A DNA stretch of 64,000 nucleotides from Octopus sinensis (lineage: Eukaryota), in the NCBI RefSeq assembly GCF_006345805.1, contig NC_043005.1, forward strand, positions 39,928,001 through 39,992,000. Reading direction: 5' to 3'. Numbering within the stretch: the stretch's first letter is position 1; the number at the start of each line of letters is the position of its first letter. The notes below the pieces were generated by a model. That model made no database searches. It saw nothing but the letters and a program-made list of their open reading frames with translations, and was not told the DNA's origin. Of this stretch, positions 12,881-25,762 are shown in pieces. The position numbers were made by a program, and so were the translations under genes.

Positions 12881-13751
12881 CTCCACTGCTGCTGCTGTTG
12901 TTGTTGCTTGCTGCAATAGCAGTTGTGCAATTATTTGGACTTCGAACTTTCAACGCTTTACAAGCATTCACCTTCCGTTTCGTGAGGCCGGTGAAGGAGA
13001 AGGACACTGTCACGTGCTGCATGTGTCCTCTCAGATCCTTCCTCTCCCTTCAGTTTTGCTGCCTGTGGCTGTAGAAGCCGAAGATACCTTTGTAAAACGA
13101 AACATTTGGAAATTATTCTAACATATTTGAGTTCCAAAGACGAGAAACAAAAGAAGTCAGCCTCCCTTGTGTATTTTAACTTACTCAAACAAACGTTTAT
13201 TTCACAAAATGTCAACAATCGACAACTTTAGAGCGTAGAAACAGAGGAACAAACTTGAATCAACTCAAAGCGACGTGATGCTCACATCACTATCATCACC
13301 ACTACCACAACAACAACAACAGCAATAACATCATGATGATGACGATGATGATGATGATGATGATGATGATGGTGATGATGATTTCTAACGTAGGCCTCTT
13401 CTTCTAAGTCATAAAATGACAATGCGAAAGCGCTATGGAATTTTACATGCAGACATACAGCCAAACGGCACATTATAAGCATGACGTCATTTTCTTTGGC
13501 AAACATGACAATAGTGTACTAATTATCGATATAGCGCTAACAAATGACGACTGCATTTAATGTCATATAAGGCCCACGGCCATGTTTCAACACCATCCAC
13601 TACCAGCATTCCGATTTCGGCGAGCGATATTAAAACGAATAGTTTAGTGTATTTAAACATGTGATGTTTATCGAAATATGGTAGCTAGAGTATACTAACA
13701 GGGGAGAAACAACTTGAGCAAAACTTGGTACATTGGTACAACAAGAAAAAC

Positions 13752-13805
<54 letters not shown>

Positions 13806-14100
13806 GTGGTGCTGGTGCTGGTGGTGCTGGTGGTGCTGGTGGTGGTGCTGGTGGCGCTGGTGCTGGTGGTGCTGGTGGTGAGAATAATCCTTTCTAATTT
13901 TGGCACAAGACCAGCAGTTTTAGTGGGTTGCAGGTTAGTCTTATTATATCGACCTCAGTACTCGACTGGTACTAATTTTATCGACCCTGAAAGGATAAAA
14001 GGTGAAGTCGACCACGGCAGAGTTTGAACCCAGACAGTAAAGACGGACGAAATGCTGCTAAGCTTTTATTCCGATGGGTTAACAATTCTGTTAGCTATCA

Positions 14101-14127
14101 GTCGTCGTCGTCGTCGTCGTCGTCGTC

Positions 14128-14171
<44 letters not shown>

Positions 14172-14196
14172 GGTGGTGGTGGTGGTGGTGGTGGTG
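14101..14196. repeat. Compound triplet microsatellite (GTC)9(GTA)11(GTG)12
   Basis: Counted directly from the sequence. Confidence 0.95.
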
Positions 14197-15644
14197 CAAT
14201 AAGTTTCAAGAGAAAAACGAAAGCAGCCTTGGCTACAGCAGAAAGCATTTGGTAACAAACAAGCTAGCAATCGAGATGAAAACACGGATAAATCAGGAAA
14301 TGAAACAAGAGCAGCGGCTTCTAGTGAAAATATCAAAACATGAATGCAATAATGAAACATAACTGGATAAATATAGGAAGAAGAAAAACAAAAACAAACA
14401 AAAAAAAAGTACCTTTGCAAATGGCAGAAAGCATTTTGTAACAAAGCATGTTTCCAGTATGGTTGAACATAAAGCTGAAAATCAGATAAAAAGAGTGCTC
14501 ATTTACAATGAAAATATATCGTATACATAATACAGTGGTAAAATATTAGAGAGAAAAATGAGAAACAAAATTAGCTTAACAATAGCAGAAAGTATTTGAT
14601 TTTAATATTTTGTCTTCATAAACCGCTTGCATTTTCTGTGTAATCTATGGGGAATTTTTTTTTGTGTGTGTGTAGTGGGGGGGGTCTTTTTTGTTGTTTG
14701 TTTTTTTTTTGTTTTTTTTTGTTTTTCCATTTCTATCTGTCGATAAACTGTGCCTTTTCATGAATCTGTAAACACCCAACCTTCTGTTCATGCAAAACCC
14801 TGAATCTCTTGTTCTTATAATCCTAAGGCCTTATTCATTATCATTTTAGTAGAAATAGAAATGCATTTCTTAATTCTTCTCGGTTATTACCTAGTTTTGT
14901 TTTAACTCCTTGTCAAGTTCTGGCCTATGTAGGACTCGACAACAAATGTTACTCTTCCCTTCTTAAGAAGTCTGTAAATGTTGTTCTTGCTTTCAGTTTC
15001 GTTTATCACTAATTCATTCGTCACTGATCCAGGATAACACAGTACGCTCAACTATGTAATCCGTGATAAGCATAACATGGTTTACAATTGAGCGCGTTGT
15101 GTTATCTCGGAACAGTGATGAATGAATGGGTGAAAAACGAGGATACTTGTAGCATCTAATGTAAGTTTTCAGCTGAGTAGACGGAAGCCTGTTCTGGTAC
15201 TGTTTTCATTATATCATTTGCGGGGAGATGGGTCACTACTATCATTAGCGTTCGGGCGCCAATCATTGACGAGACCAAGGAAGGTCGAAATCACGTTGTC
15301 CGGTAGTCGCGGCACTGAAGGTGGTTGGGGTTTATCTCCCTACTACCGATATAAACAAGAGTGCATTTTGCACCAAAAGCCAATGTGGGATTTTCTCTCG
15401 TGCTATCCACCGCAGTATAGTTTATTCTAACAGGACATCCACATTTAAGTGGGCATAAATATTAATTCTCGGTATTAACACTACTACCTGTGTTGCTAAC
15501 ATACATTTTTCTTGAGATTGTTCAGAAGAACCTAAAATTGCGACATTCGTGTTGTTGTTATCGTTGGTGGTGGTGGTGCTGGTGGTGCTGGTGGTGCTGG
15601 TTTGGTGGGGGGGGTGATGCTGCTGCTGCTGCTCAGAACAGAAC

Positions 15645-15870
15645 CATGGACGAAATACCTATTTCTTTACTACCCATAAGGGGCTAAACACAGAGAGAAC
15701 AAACGGATTAAGTCGATTATATCGACCCCAGTGCGTAGCTGGTACTTATTTAATTGACCCCGAAAGGATGAAAAGCAAAGTCGACCTCGGCGGAATTTGA
15801 ACTGAGAACGTAGCCATGGACGAAATACCGCTAAGCATTTCGCCCGGCGTGCTAAGGATTCTGCCAGATC
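15645..15870 (-). mobile_element. SINE family A
   Basis: Reverse complement of the family A body (aaagtcgacctcggcggaatttgaact; gcatttcgcccggcgtgctaag). Confidence 0.85.
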
Positions 15871-16039
15871 ATCGACTTAGATACATAGAAATTATTAAAA
15901 GCAAAAACTATTAAGCGTATATGCATATATTCATGAGCAGAAAATTACATACACTCCCCTACTCTTACACTGACGCACAATAATTGGCTGATAGGCTTAA
16001 CTTCGGAGAAAGGCTTAACCCGTCACATGGTTTAACTTC

Positions 16040-16443
16040 TACTATACGGCTCAGAAACCTGGACGTTATCAAAGAAGCTTGAGAGGCGGTTGGATGGAAC
16101 CTACACTCGCCTCCTTATGAGAGCTCAAAATCTCTCGTGGAAGCGCCATCCAACCAAAATGCAAATATATGGGAAACTACCACCTGTGTCATCTCTTGTG
16201 AAAGGTAAGAGAGTCCAGTTTGCTGGACATTGTTGTAGAGCTGAAAAAGAGGTAATTTCTACTATTCTCCTCTGGAAGCCATCTACTCGCAATACCAGAG
16301 GGCGCACACTCCCCTACCCTGATGTAATCTCCAGGGATACAGGCATCCAGCAACAGGACCTCCGTAATGCCATGATGGACCGTGAAGTCTGGCGTAGCAT
16401 GGTAAATTCCATTGTCTCGACCACGGTCGAACAATGATGATGA
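16040..16443 (+). mobile_element. 5'-truncated RTE-group LINE 3' end with (TGA)n tail and 8-bp TSD
   Basis: LLYGSETWTLSKKLERRLDGTYTRLLMRAQNLSWKRHPT...VQFAGHCCR...DREVWRSMV, still open. TSD ttaacttc at 16032-16039 and 16444-16451. Confidence 0.8.
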
Positions 16444-17122
16444 TTAACTTCACCTCTGACCCCTTGAATGTTTTTACCTGGAGTTCACTCTATTGCTAAC
16501 ATTTCGGCCTGGTTCCCGGTTTGAGAAGACCTTCCTTCTTTTCTCTAGTTTCAAGGACCCTATAATGGAGCCGAGTGTACTACTTTCCCTTCTGACTGGA
16601 ACATAAAAGACAAGTGGAAGTTACTCAATATGGTATTATCAATCCGAGTAAAGTATCGACCCGCGAGGAAAAAAAAACAACCTGTAACTCAGATGTGTCG
16701 AGTCCATACAATATATCTGTATACCATGGTTATATGTGAGTAAAACGTTAATGTGAGGCACTATGGGCTTCGAAAACTGAATAATTGTTCAGGAACAGTC
16801 TCTGCTTCCCGACTAAAAGGACAAATATTAATTGGTTAAAAACGTTATATGTCACACATTTCCAAGCAGGTATCCAAAATATCTTTGACTTACAGTCTCT
16901 ATTTATCCAATACTTGCGGAAGCTATCTATTTGCTTGATGTTTCTGAACAGTATAATCACATATAAAATGATAATCAAAGTTGAAATATTGTGCACTGTA
17001 AAAATAATTTTCTCATTTCCAAGAAACACTACTCTTAGTGCTAAATTAGGAGTTATGTCCCTTAACAACAAAATTCCTTGTGTTATTGATATTCAAATTT
17101 CGAAATATTGTAAATATATATA

Positions 17123-17179
<57 letters not shown>

Positions 17180-17289
17180 ATATATATATATATTATATAT
17201 ATATATATGTTAATAAAATAGAATATAGCATATATATAAACATATATGTACGTACCTACCTCTACATGTACATATACACGCATATATGT

Positions 17290-17690
17290 GTACAGGACAC
17301 CAAAAAGACGTCGAGCACATAGAGAGACGAAACACATAGACACAAACCAAGGAACAAGACAAGCAAAAAAAAGGGAGAGATACAGGACAATAAGCACAAC
17401 GAAAAATCCCCTTCTTCAGTCGCTAAGATTTCATCTACTAAACGTTTCGAAGGATAACGGGAGGCTTTATGAAAATAAACAAAAGACGAAGGCAGGTGGA
17501 ATACAAACAAACAATTGTATTAGTATGGCGCTCAGGAATATAAATAAAACAAGTCTTTTACGTTTCGAGCCTACGCTCTTCAACAGAAAGATACACAGAA
17601 AAGAAACACAGAAAGAAACAAGGAGAGAAAAAAATGCGTGCAGAAGCTAGCGAATCAACATGGCGATCTGATTTCGGCCAGAAGTCAAAG
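17290..17690 (-). mobile_element. Penelope-like terminal-repeat remnant
   Basis: Minus strand carries cgactgaagaaggg and ttgaagagcgtaggctcgaaacgta, hammerhead-like cores typical of PLE termini. No ORF. Confidence 0.5.
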
Positions 17691-17859
17691 ATCAAACGTG
17701 AGACGCAAGAGCGAAATTAGGGGAGATAACAGGGTTAAATAACCTCGCCCCAACATAAGAGTGTGTGTGTGTATGTATGAAAGAGTATGTAGTGCGTATG
17801 AGAGGTCTGGACGTGTGTAGGTATATATGATGTGATGTGTAAAGTCGTATGGTGTAGTG

Positions 17860-18385
17860 TAGAGAGAGGAGATTAGGGGGGAGGGGAGGAGGAGGGGTGA
17901 TGTGTAAAGTCGTATGGTGTAGTGTAGAGAGAGGAGATGAGGGGGAGAGGAGAGATGAGGGGAAAGAGGGGAGGGGAGAGAGGAAATGGGGAAAAGAAAG
18001 AGGAGGGGAAAAGGAAAGAGGAGAAGAGGAGGGAGAAGGGGAAAGGTGAGAGTGAGGAGGGGGAGAGGGGGAGAAGGAAAGAAGGAGGGGGAAGAGAGGG
18101 GGAGAAGGAAAGAAGGAGGGGGTGGTGAGGGTGATATGAGATGAGGGTGGAGGGTGGAGGGGGAGATGAGATGAGGGGGAGGGGAGGGGGAGAAGGAAAG
18201 AGGAGACGAGGAGGCAGGAGGAGGGGGAAGGGGGAGAAGGAAGGAGAGGAGAAGAGGAGGGGAGAGGAGGAGGGAGGATAGAGGGAGAGAAGGAGAGGGA
18301 GAGAGAAGGGGAGTGAGGGAGCAGAGAGAAAGAGGGAAGGGGAAGAGGGAAGAAGAAAGAGGGAAGAAGAGAAGAGGAGGGAAAG
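17860..18385. repeat. Polypurine (GA-rich) low-complexity tract
   Basis: About 500 nt of almost only G and A on the + strand. Preceded by a roughly 40-bp direct repeat (tgatgtgtaaagtcgtatggtgtagtgtagagagaggagat at about 17833 and 17898) and followed by (TA)n. Confidence 0.9.
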
Positions 18386-18416
18386 GTGTGTGTGTGTATA
18401 TATATATATACATATA

Positions 18417-18476
<60 letters not shown>

Positions 18477-19179
18477 TATATATATACATATACATATACT
18501 TATACATATACATGACGATTTCTCCATCTTCTTATGAAAAAGGAAAAGGCCCGAATAGCCAGGGCAAATAATTAGCTGTAAAATATTAATACATTTATAA
18601 ATTAAAAGATACATCTATTTATAAATTTGTTCACGCTAGATCACATATACATTTAGCAATATATATACATACCAAACAATCTATAATATACGTACATACA
18701 CTTAAACATACAGACGCAGGTACATGGCTACATACATATACAGACATTATACATAGGCAAGACAGAAATATATACAAATGCATATATATGTATGCATGCA
18801 CACACACGCACGCGCACAAAATCTCCTGGTGCGTGCTTATACTAGTTAGTTTTTACAAGCGAAAGAAAGAAAAGGAAAAAGGGCAGAGAATAATAAGGGG
18901 GGGGGAAGGGGCAATTAAGAAAAAGAAATAACGAAACAGAAACAGAAAATTAGAGAGGGAAAGGGGGAAATAGATAGAGGTAAAGAAAGTGAAATGATGG
19001 GGTACGAAAACTATCTAACGAAGGTTAGATACTTCGTTCAGCTTGCGAAACGTGCACATATAAAAAAAAAAAGGCACACATAAAATTACATGTGTATCTA
19101 CATAAATACAAACTTACATTCAAATACACACACATATAGACATGCATACAAATATACAAAAAATATGTACGCAAATACA

Positions 19180-20086
19180 TTGATTACAATCTCAGAAAGT
19201 CCATGAGGTCAATTGCAAAAGATCTCCACGCGTCAAAAGGAACAATTAGAAATGTTGTCCACGAAGACATCAGATATAAGTCTCATATGATGAGGAAAGG
19301 TCAATTTGTCAGAAAAAGCAAAAGAAAATCACTGCATCAGATCTAAAAAGTTCTTGAAATCCAGCAGAAGATTGGATTTGGTTTTACTCAAACGAGAAAA
19401 CTTCGACCACCAAGATCAAAAAGTTAACAGTAGAAATGAGAGATGGTTATGTGCAGACTCTTCTGAAGTTCCAAGTATTAAGCATACAAAATTTCCTGAA
19501 ACTGTCATGGTTTTAGGGGTTGTCAGCAACGAAGGACATGTGATGCCTCCTTACCTCTTTCCACAAGGCCTTAGAGTTAACTCTGCCGCCTACATTGAGG
19601 TCCTGGAAATAACTGTTAAACCCTGGATAGACAATGTATGCAATGGAAGGCGATATGTGGTTCAGTAAAACTCTGCACTATCACACATGGCTCTAGTAGC
19701 ACAGGATTGGATGGCTGAAAATGTTCATGATCAAATAACCCCTAACATTTGGCCTCCTAATTCCCCAGATCTCAATCCATTGTACTATTACATGTGGAGC
19801 GTTGTTGAGAGAGAGAGGTTAATGAAGACACCCATAACACCAAAGATTCTTTGAAAGCTGCCATAGTCAGAGTAATGTCCAAAATGAACCAGGACCACTT
19901 GATTCGAGCATGTAGATGATTTAGATTTCATATAGAAGCAGTCGCTGATGCTGAAGGTGGATTTATTGAATAACATTATAGAAAAGAAGGTTTAATTTTA
20001 TCGTCATAGCATTTTTTTATAAATAAAGTTATTATCTGTTTTTTTTTTTATAAACAAATTTGTCTTCAAATATCTTATGCACCCTG
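19180..20086 (+). mobile_element. Decayed maT/DD37D-like transposon with right terminus
   Basis: TKFPETVMVLGVVSNEGHVMPPYLFPQGLRVNSAAYIEVL...IWPPNSPDLNPL. Ends caccctg|ta (CAGGGTG-type TIR plus TA). Confidence 0.85.
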
Positions 20087-20399
20087 TATACACACACATA
20101 CAATATGTATATATGTTCATATATATATATATATATATATATCTGTAATATATGTGACAATTATTCGGCTGCCATAATAAAACTCCGAGTTTGGGATGTC
20201 GGAGTCTTATTATGGCAACCGAATAATTGTCACATATTATATTACAGATAAATTCCTCTATTTACATAATATCGAGGTCTCAGTCATTCTTTTGTTGTCT
20301 TACCATTACTATTAATATATATATATATATATATATATTCATGTGTGTGTGTGTGTGTATGTGTTAAAATACTCACACATACAACATCCACATTCAACA

Positions 20400-21760
20400 A
20401 CAATGAAATGGCTGGAGTTGGAAAAACTTCATCTGCAGACCAACATGAAAACCTTCATTGAAAATGAAATAGCTGCAGAGAAACTGTGGATAACCAAAAA
20501 AATCAAACAGAACCCAAAAGTGTTCTATTCATAGGACCGCAGTCTCACCCTTTGTCCATTGATCGATGATAACGGCATTCTCCAATACAATGTTAAAGAA
20601 ATGGCAGAAGTACTGCAGAAACAATACTGCTCTGTCTTTAGTGATTCCACTAATATTGATGTAAGAGATGTGAACGAAGTTGATTCCCAACATAGAATTT
20701 CGGACAAAATTATTACTGCTTCAGACATCATAGCAGCAATAAATGAGATCAAATACTATTCTGCTGTAGACCCTGATAGATTCCCCGTTAATCTCCTGAA
20801 GGAATGTAGACACCAACTTGCAGTCCTTCTGACCAACCTCTGGAGAAATTCGTTAGACGCAGGTTATATACCGAAACAGATCCTTCGCAGTCAACTCACC
20901 TCCCATATCATTAAAGTGTTTGAAAGGGTGATGAGATCAAGGATAGCTGGCTTCCTGGAGAGACACAAACGTCTAAATTCAAACGAGCATTGCTTTCGTT
21001 GCAGTAGGGACTATCTAACACAGCTCTTACACTATATCAATGATATCCTTAAAGCCTTGGGAACAGGTTCGAACTCTGATGTCATATATCTTGACTTCAG
21101 TAAAACGTTCGACGGAGTTAACCAAAATATCCTACTGTCAAAACTGTCAAATGTTGGAATCCGTGAAAAACTTCTACTCTAGTTTGAGTATTTCCTGGAG
21201 AATAGAACACAACATGTTGTGATCGGTGGAATCCACTCAAGCCCAGCAAAAGTCACAAGTGATGTTCCTCAGGGTCCGCTCCTCTTTATAATCTATATAC
21301 ATGACCTTTCCAGCGTCATAAAACACAGCAAAGTGAAAATATTCGCTGATGACTCCAGAAAATTATCAATGAAGAAGGTGACCGAACTCAACTCCAGTCT
21401 GCTCTACACGCTTTGAGTCACTGAGCAGACAAAAACAAAATGCAACTAAACTAGGGAAAATTTGAGCTGATGCATTTTGGAAAAAAGACCATGCTAAAAC
21501 AATCATACTCTCCTCCTTCAGGGGAACCTCTCGCAGCATCTAATAATATCAGAGACCTGGGAGTAACTGTTGATAACAATCTCAATTGGAGTGCCCACAT
21601 CAATAATAAGGTCGATATAGCTCGTAGTATGAGCTCCTGGATCCTAAGAACCTAAGAGGAAAAGGATCCCATTACTTTTAAACGGAATCTGAACAAATTT
21701 CTTCAAGGAATACCAGATAAGTCACCTATACTCACTGAACAAGAACTCTCTATTCGAATG
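20400..21760 (+). mobile_element. Decayed CR1-group (Zenon/Daphne-like) LINE reverse transcriptase
   Basis: LTSHIIKVFERVM, DVIYLDFSKTFD, DVPQG..LFIIYIHDL, KIFADDS (RT motifs), IRDLGVTVDNNL. Frameshifted. Confidence 0.85.
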
Positions 21761-22189
21761 GGCCATGATACCACAAAAATTGACTTAGACGATCCAATCA
21801 GGTGGTTCTATTAAGTTAGACATGGCCGGGACCAATCTTTTCTTGTCTGTTTGTTGTTGTTGTTATTGTTGTTTTGTTTTGTTGGGTTTTTTTCTTTGTT
21901 GCCGTAAACATTCGCTAGCTTTCTTACAAAGGGATCTAATGCTCTTAGCTTAGACTTTGGGGATTGGGCAACCAGATCGAACCATCTCAAGTGTAACTGC
22001 CCGAAATGGTCGTGACTTCTGGAACTTGACTGAGGAAGGAAAGCCACAGATGACCCGTCTTTTTATTTATTTGTTTTTTTTTGCTTGTCCTAATTGTTGT
22101 TTCTCTTGTCCGCCTTTATATCGTCTATATGTCCGAATGTTTTAACGTCCTCTTTTGCGTTTTTGTTCCATTTTTATATTTATATATAC

Positions 22190-22220
<31 letters not shown>

Positions 22221-22254
22221 TGAATGAATGAATGAATGAATGAATGCATATATT

Positions 22255-22740
22255 TTTATTTTATTTTTATTTTATTTTATCTAGTTTCAGCTCACGAGCT
22301 GTGGCCATGCTGGGGCACCGCCATCTGCTGTTGCTACATGGTTTTACTTCACGAATGCTTTTTAGCAACTGCCATTTGGTGCATGAGAGAGTTCGATGCA
22401 GCTGCCCTCATCTGCACCTCCTGCCGTGAAGTTGGTTCATCTGAGACACCTGGCAAGAAGAGATCCAGTTTCATTTTAAAGACATCTGCATCCACCCCAT
22501 GCAGGTCTCTTAGGTTCTTCGGGAGGATATTGAAGAGCTGTGGGCCTCGGAAGCCCAGGCTATCACAGTATCTTGTCCTACATCTTGATGGCAAATTCGG
22601 AGTCCTTGGCACCACGCAGTGGCGCCCAGTTCTGGCATTTGTGTAACTCTCGATGCCAAAGTTTGGGACAAGTCCTTCCAGGATCTTCCAGATGTATATT
22701 ATGGCATATCTTTCTCGCCTACGCTCCAAGGAATAGAGTT
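22255..22740 (-). mobile_element. 3' end of a CR1-group LINE, still open, with 3' UTR and A-rich tail
   Basis: ERRRERYAIIYIWKILEGLVPN...SLGFRGPQLFNILPKNLR...FKMKLDLFL...SNSL. The 3' UTR ggcggtgccccagcatggccacagc...tgaaac is followed by (TAAAA)n. Confidence 0.85.
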
Positions 22741-23159
22741 TTAATCTCTTGAGTCTTTCTTTGTATATTTTCTTTGTGAATTAAGGCTACCATTGGTTTC
22801 ATTTTAAGAAAAGTAGGAAACTATCCTAGTATCTTAACAATTTTTCAAGCCGATCCTCAGAGAAAAGTGTTCGCCGCCATTTCGAAAAGCAATCTGGCTT
22901 CGTTCATGGGATAAATCGTAAATTCGTGTAAATAATACAGCGAATCAATGTATCAAAGGGGCGTTACTCTTGAGTGGCAGCTTTTGAATGTTTGTCTCCC
23001 TTTGATTTGTCTTGTGGATAAATTAATCACAAAAAACTTTTCCCAAAAGACAAATCCAAGGGAGACAAACATCCAAAAGATTCCGCCAATATGGTGTTGA
23101 GCACTGATTTCATCATTCGACATTTACGTACACACACACATATATATATTCTTGTATTC

Positions 23160-23340
23160 TTTTTTTTTGTTTCAGTCATTTGACTGCGGCCATGCTGGAT
23201 GACCGCCTTTAGTCGAACAAGTTGACCCAAAGACTTATTCTTTGCAAGCCTAGTATTTATTCTATCTGTCACTTGTGCCGAGCCGCTAAGTTTTGGGGAC
23301 GTGAACACACCAAGCGACATGGGGGGGGGGGACACGCGCG

Positions 23341-23414
<74 letters not shown>

Positions 23415-23560
23415 ACGGGTTTCTTTCAGTTTCCGTCTACTAAGTCCACTCTTTGGTTGGTCCGAGACTATAGTAGAAGACACCCAAGATGTCACACAAT
23501 AGGACTGAACCCGGAACCACGTGGCTGCTAAGCAAGCTACTTACCACACAGCCACTCCTG
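23160..23560 (-). mobile_element. SINE family B with internal (CA)n(TA)n
   Basis: Same architecture as 3590-4060. Confidence 0.85.
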
Positions 23561-23612
23561 ATATATGTGTGTGTGTGTGTGTGGTGTGTGTGTGTGTGGT
23601 GTGTGTGTGTGT

Positions 23613-23870
23613 GGAGGCTCGTGGCTTAGTGGTTAGGGTGTCAGCATCATGATCGCAAGATTGTGGTTTCGACTCCTGGACCGAGTGACGCGTTGTGTTC
23701 TTGAGCAAAACACTTCATTTCACATTGCTCCAGTCCACTCAGCTGGCAAAAATGAGTAACGCTGCAATGGACTGGCGTCCCGTCCAGCTGGGGAACACAT
23801 ACGCCAATGAAACCAGGGAACCGAACCCATGAGCCTGGCTAGGCTTTAAAAGGGCGCATTTATTTATTTA
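23613..23870 (+). mobile_element. SINE family C with CORE-like segment
   Basis: tRNA head, then tgtgttcttgagcaaaacacttcatttcacattgctccagtccactcagctg (CORE-like), then the same 3' half as 8060. Confidence 0.85.
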
Positions 23871-24178
23871 TATATATATTCTTTTATTCATACCGAACTA
23901 CTTGGTAAAGTGATTAATTATTAAGTAATTAATTAATTTTACCCTTTATAATTGATAATATAATTCTCTCCCTGATAGTAAACTAGAGTTTTTTTTTCTG
24001 TAGAATTTTTACTCATTAGCACACGTGGGTAAGTGAGGATGAATACGAGATCTCATTTGTCCGTTTGAATTCGGAAGTACTGGTTGTTAGATGTATGTTG
24101 GAATTCTGAAACAAGTTTCTATAAAACTAGTTTTTAAACATCGAATAGTAAGAGGGGTCCACCAGAATAAAATAGTAA

Positions 24179-24690
24179 TCTCTATATATAAAACTGTAGT
24201 TGTGTGAGTGTCTGTCTCCTACGATTTAGATTCCTAACTACTCCCACATTTTGCGGGGCAGTTTAACCAAATTCGGGTATCTTATAGTCGTGATTCATAT
24301 CGCGCCCGTCTGGGTATTAGCACGCGTCTACGATGAGTCTACGATTTTAAAATTAATTTAACATCATTTTTTATTCCATTTTAATGCATATTTTTTCGCG
24401 TGTCGATGGCGGCGGAGTTGGCGTCCATGGTCACACCTGCACCTGTGTTGCTTCTCCCCCTTCTTCCCTCCCTCGTGAAGCTGTGGGGAAGGGAGTGTAA
24501 GGAAATCAACGTCGTAAAGCGTTGTCAAGGAGACCAGCGTTCTTTAGAACAACGACTTCATGGCTTGAAGACACCAAAACAGAAATGGTTAAGAAAGCCC
24601 GAATTGGCATCTATAAGGGAAGTAACTCTCTAAAAATGCTTATATAGTTATTTCCCTTACAAACCGAGCAACGCCGGGCGATACTGCTAG
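24179..24690 (+). mobile_element. Non-autonomous Helitron
   Basis: a|TC...CTAG|t termini with a subterminal ccgagcaacgccggg hairpin. No TSD. Second copy at 41521. Confidence 0.9.
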
Positions 24691-25479
24691 TCATAGATAA
24701 AACAAAAAAAATAATATATGGTTCGATTTTGATCATTTGATGAGTGATTCACGGAGCTGATGTCGTCGAATAATTCTAATTTCGTTACAAACTTCTGGGG
24801 AAACATCAGTGCAGTGTAACTCTAGACACATGTCAATTATGTTAAGTTCACCCTTGTATAAAGTTACAAATAAACAGGAAAGATAGAAGACAGAAGCTAG
24901 TTCATAGTTCAAAATACATATTTCATGGGTTTTTTTTTCTTCCTCTTTTTCACTCTAATTCATTAACTGTTTAGACATAGAGACAGAAAGTTCTTACATG
25001 AAAATTAGATATTACCATGGTAGCTCTGGCTTGCAAAAATGTCCTTTGGTATAGCTATATTTAATGTAATTACCACGAACTAATCTGCAAGCCCACTTTC
25101 GTTCTTCTCGGGTACAGACATGAATTACTGGTGGCTATTTCTTGTTATTCTTTTTGATTTATAAAATTTTTTTTTCATCTCGTTTCAGCATTTGTTGTCA
25201 GTTGTGTTAAATTAATGTTTCGTTCTTAACTTCTATTTTTAAACTTTTAAATACTTTTATATTTATTTTAAATGTTAAAAATTTCCTTATGCATATACAT
25301 TGTATTATAAACGCTAAAAATGTTAATATCTTAAAAAAAAAAAAGGAATATTAAATATGATATTTTTATTACCCAACAGAACGAAAATCTAATTTTGTCA
25401 AAGATTACCTAGTTAGCGTAAAATTGCATGATAACCAAATCCAAATACTAAACTGAATATGTAAGGGTCTGCTTGATTG

Positions 25480-25762
25480 ATAAGCGGGAAATATGGAGGG
25501 GGGGTTACAATTGATTACAATAACCTATCTATCGCGATATTGCTTGGTGTAGTGTGGGGTAGCGCAGTATAATCGCGATATTCTTATTCATCAACATCTA
25601 ATAGTCTCTACACATTGCTAGGCAGAGCGCCTTGCCCATCTCACACCGCTGACCCTTCAATGGGTCGAGGCGTAGAGCACATGTCGGCCGCGGCTGGACA
25701 GCTACCTTCACTGTGATTGTCGTTCTCGGTTGGGTGAAGATGGCTGTAAAGTGGGATGGGGT
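25480..25762 (+). promoter_or_regulatory. CpG-rich candidate promoter and first exon of the downstream gene
   Basis: Non-repetitive CpG-rich patch with two ATCGCGATATT motifs (25531, 25572), AAGATGG at 25737-25743 and a possible donor ggg|gtaaaa at 25761. It lies exactly at the transition to CpG-depleted sequence. Confidence 0.5.

Noticed and set aside
10273-14444. Poly-Leu, poly-Ser, poly-Met, poly-Thr and poly-His ORFs (also at 29060-29597, 37520-37825 and 54231-54452)
   Set aside because: They are triplet microsatellites with no splice context or flanking coding signal.
17685-18614. Longest ORFs in the track (309, 273 and 200 aa, minus strand)
   Set aside because: They are translations of (TA)n and the polypyrimidine tract, are open in all three frames and have no domain text.
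21990-22060. ctgaggaagg-aaag-cc hammerhead-like start
   Set aside because: No GAAA half-core and no closing stems follow.
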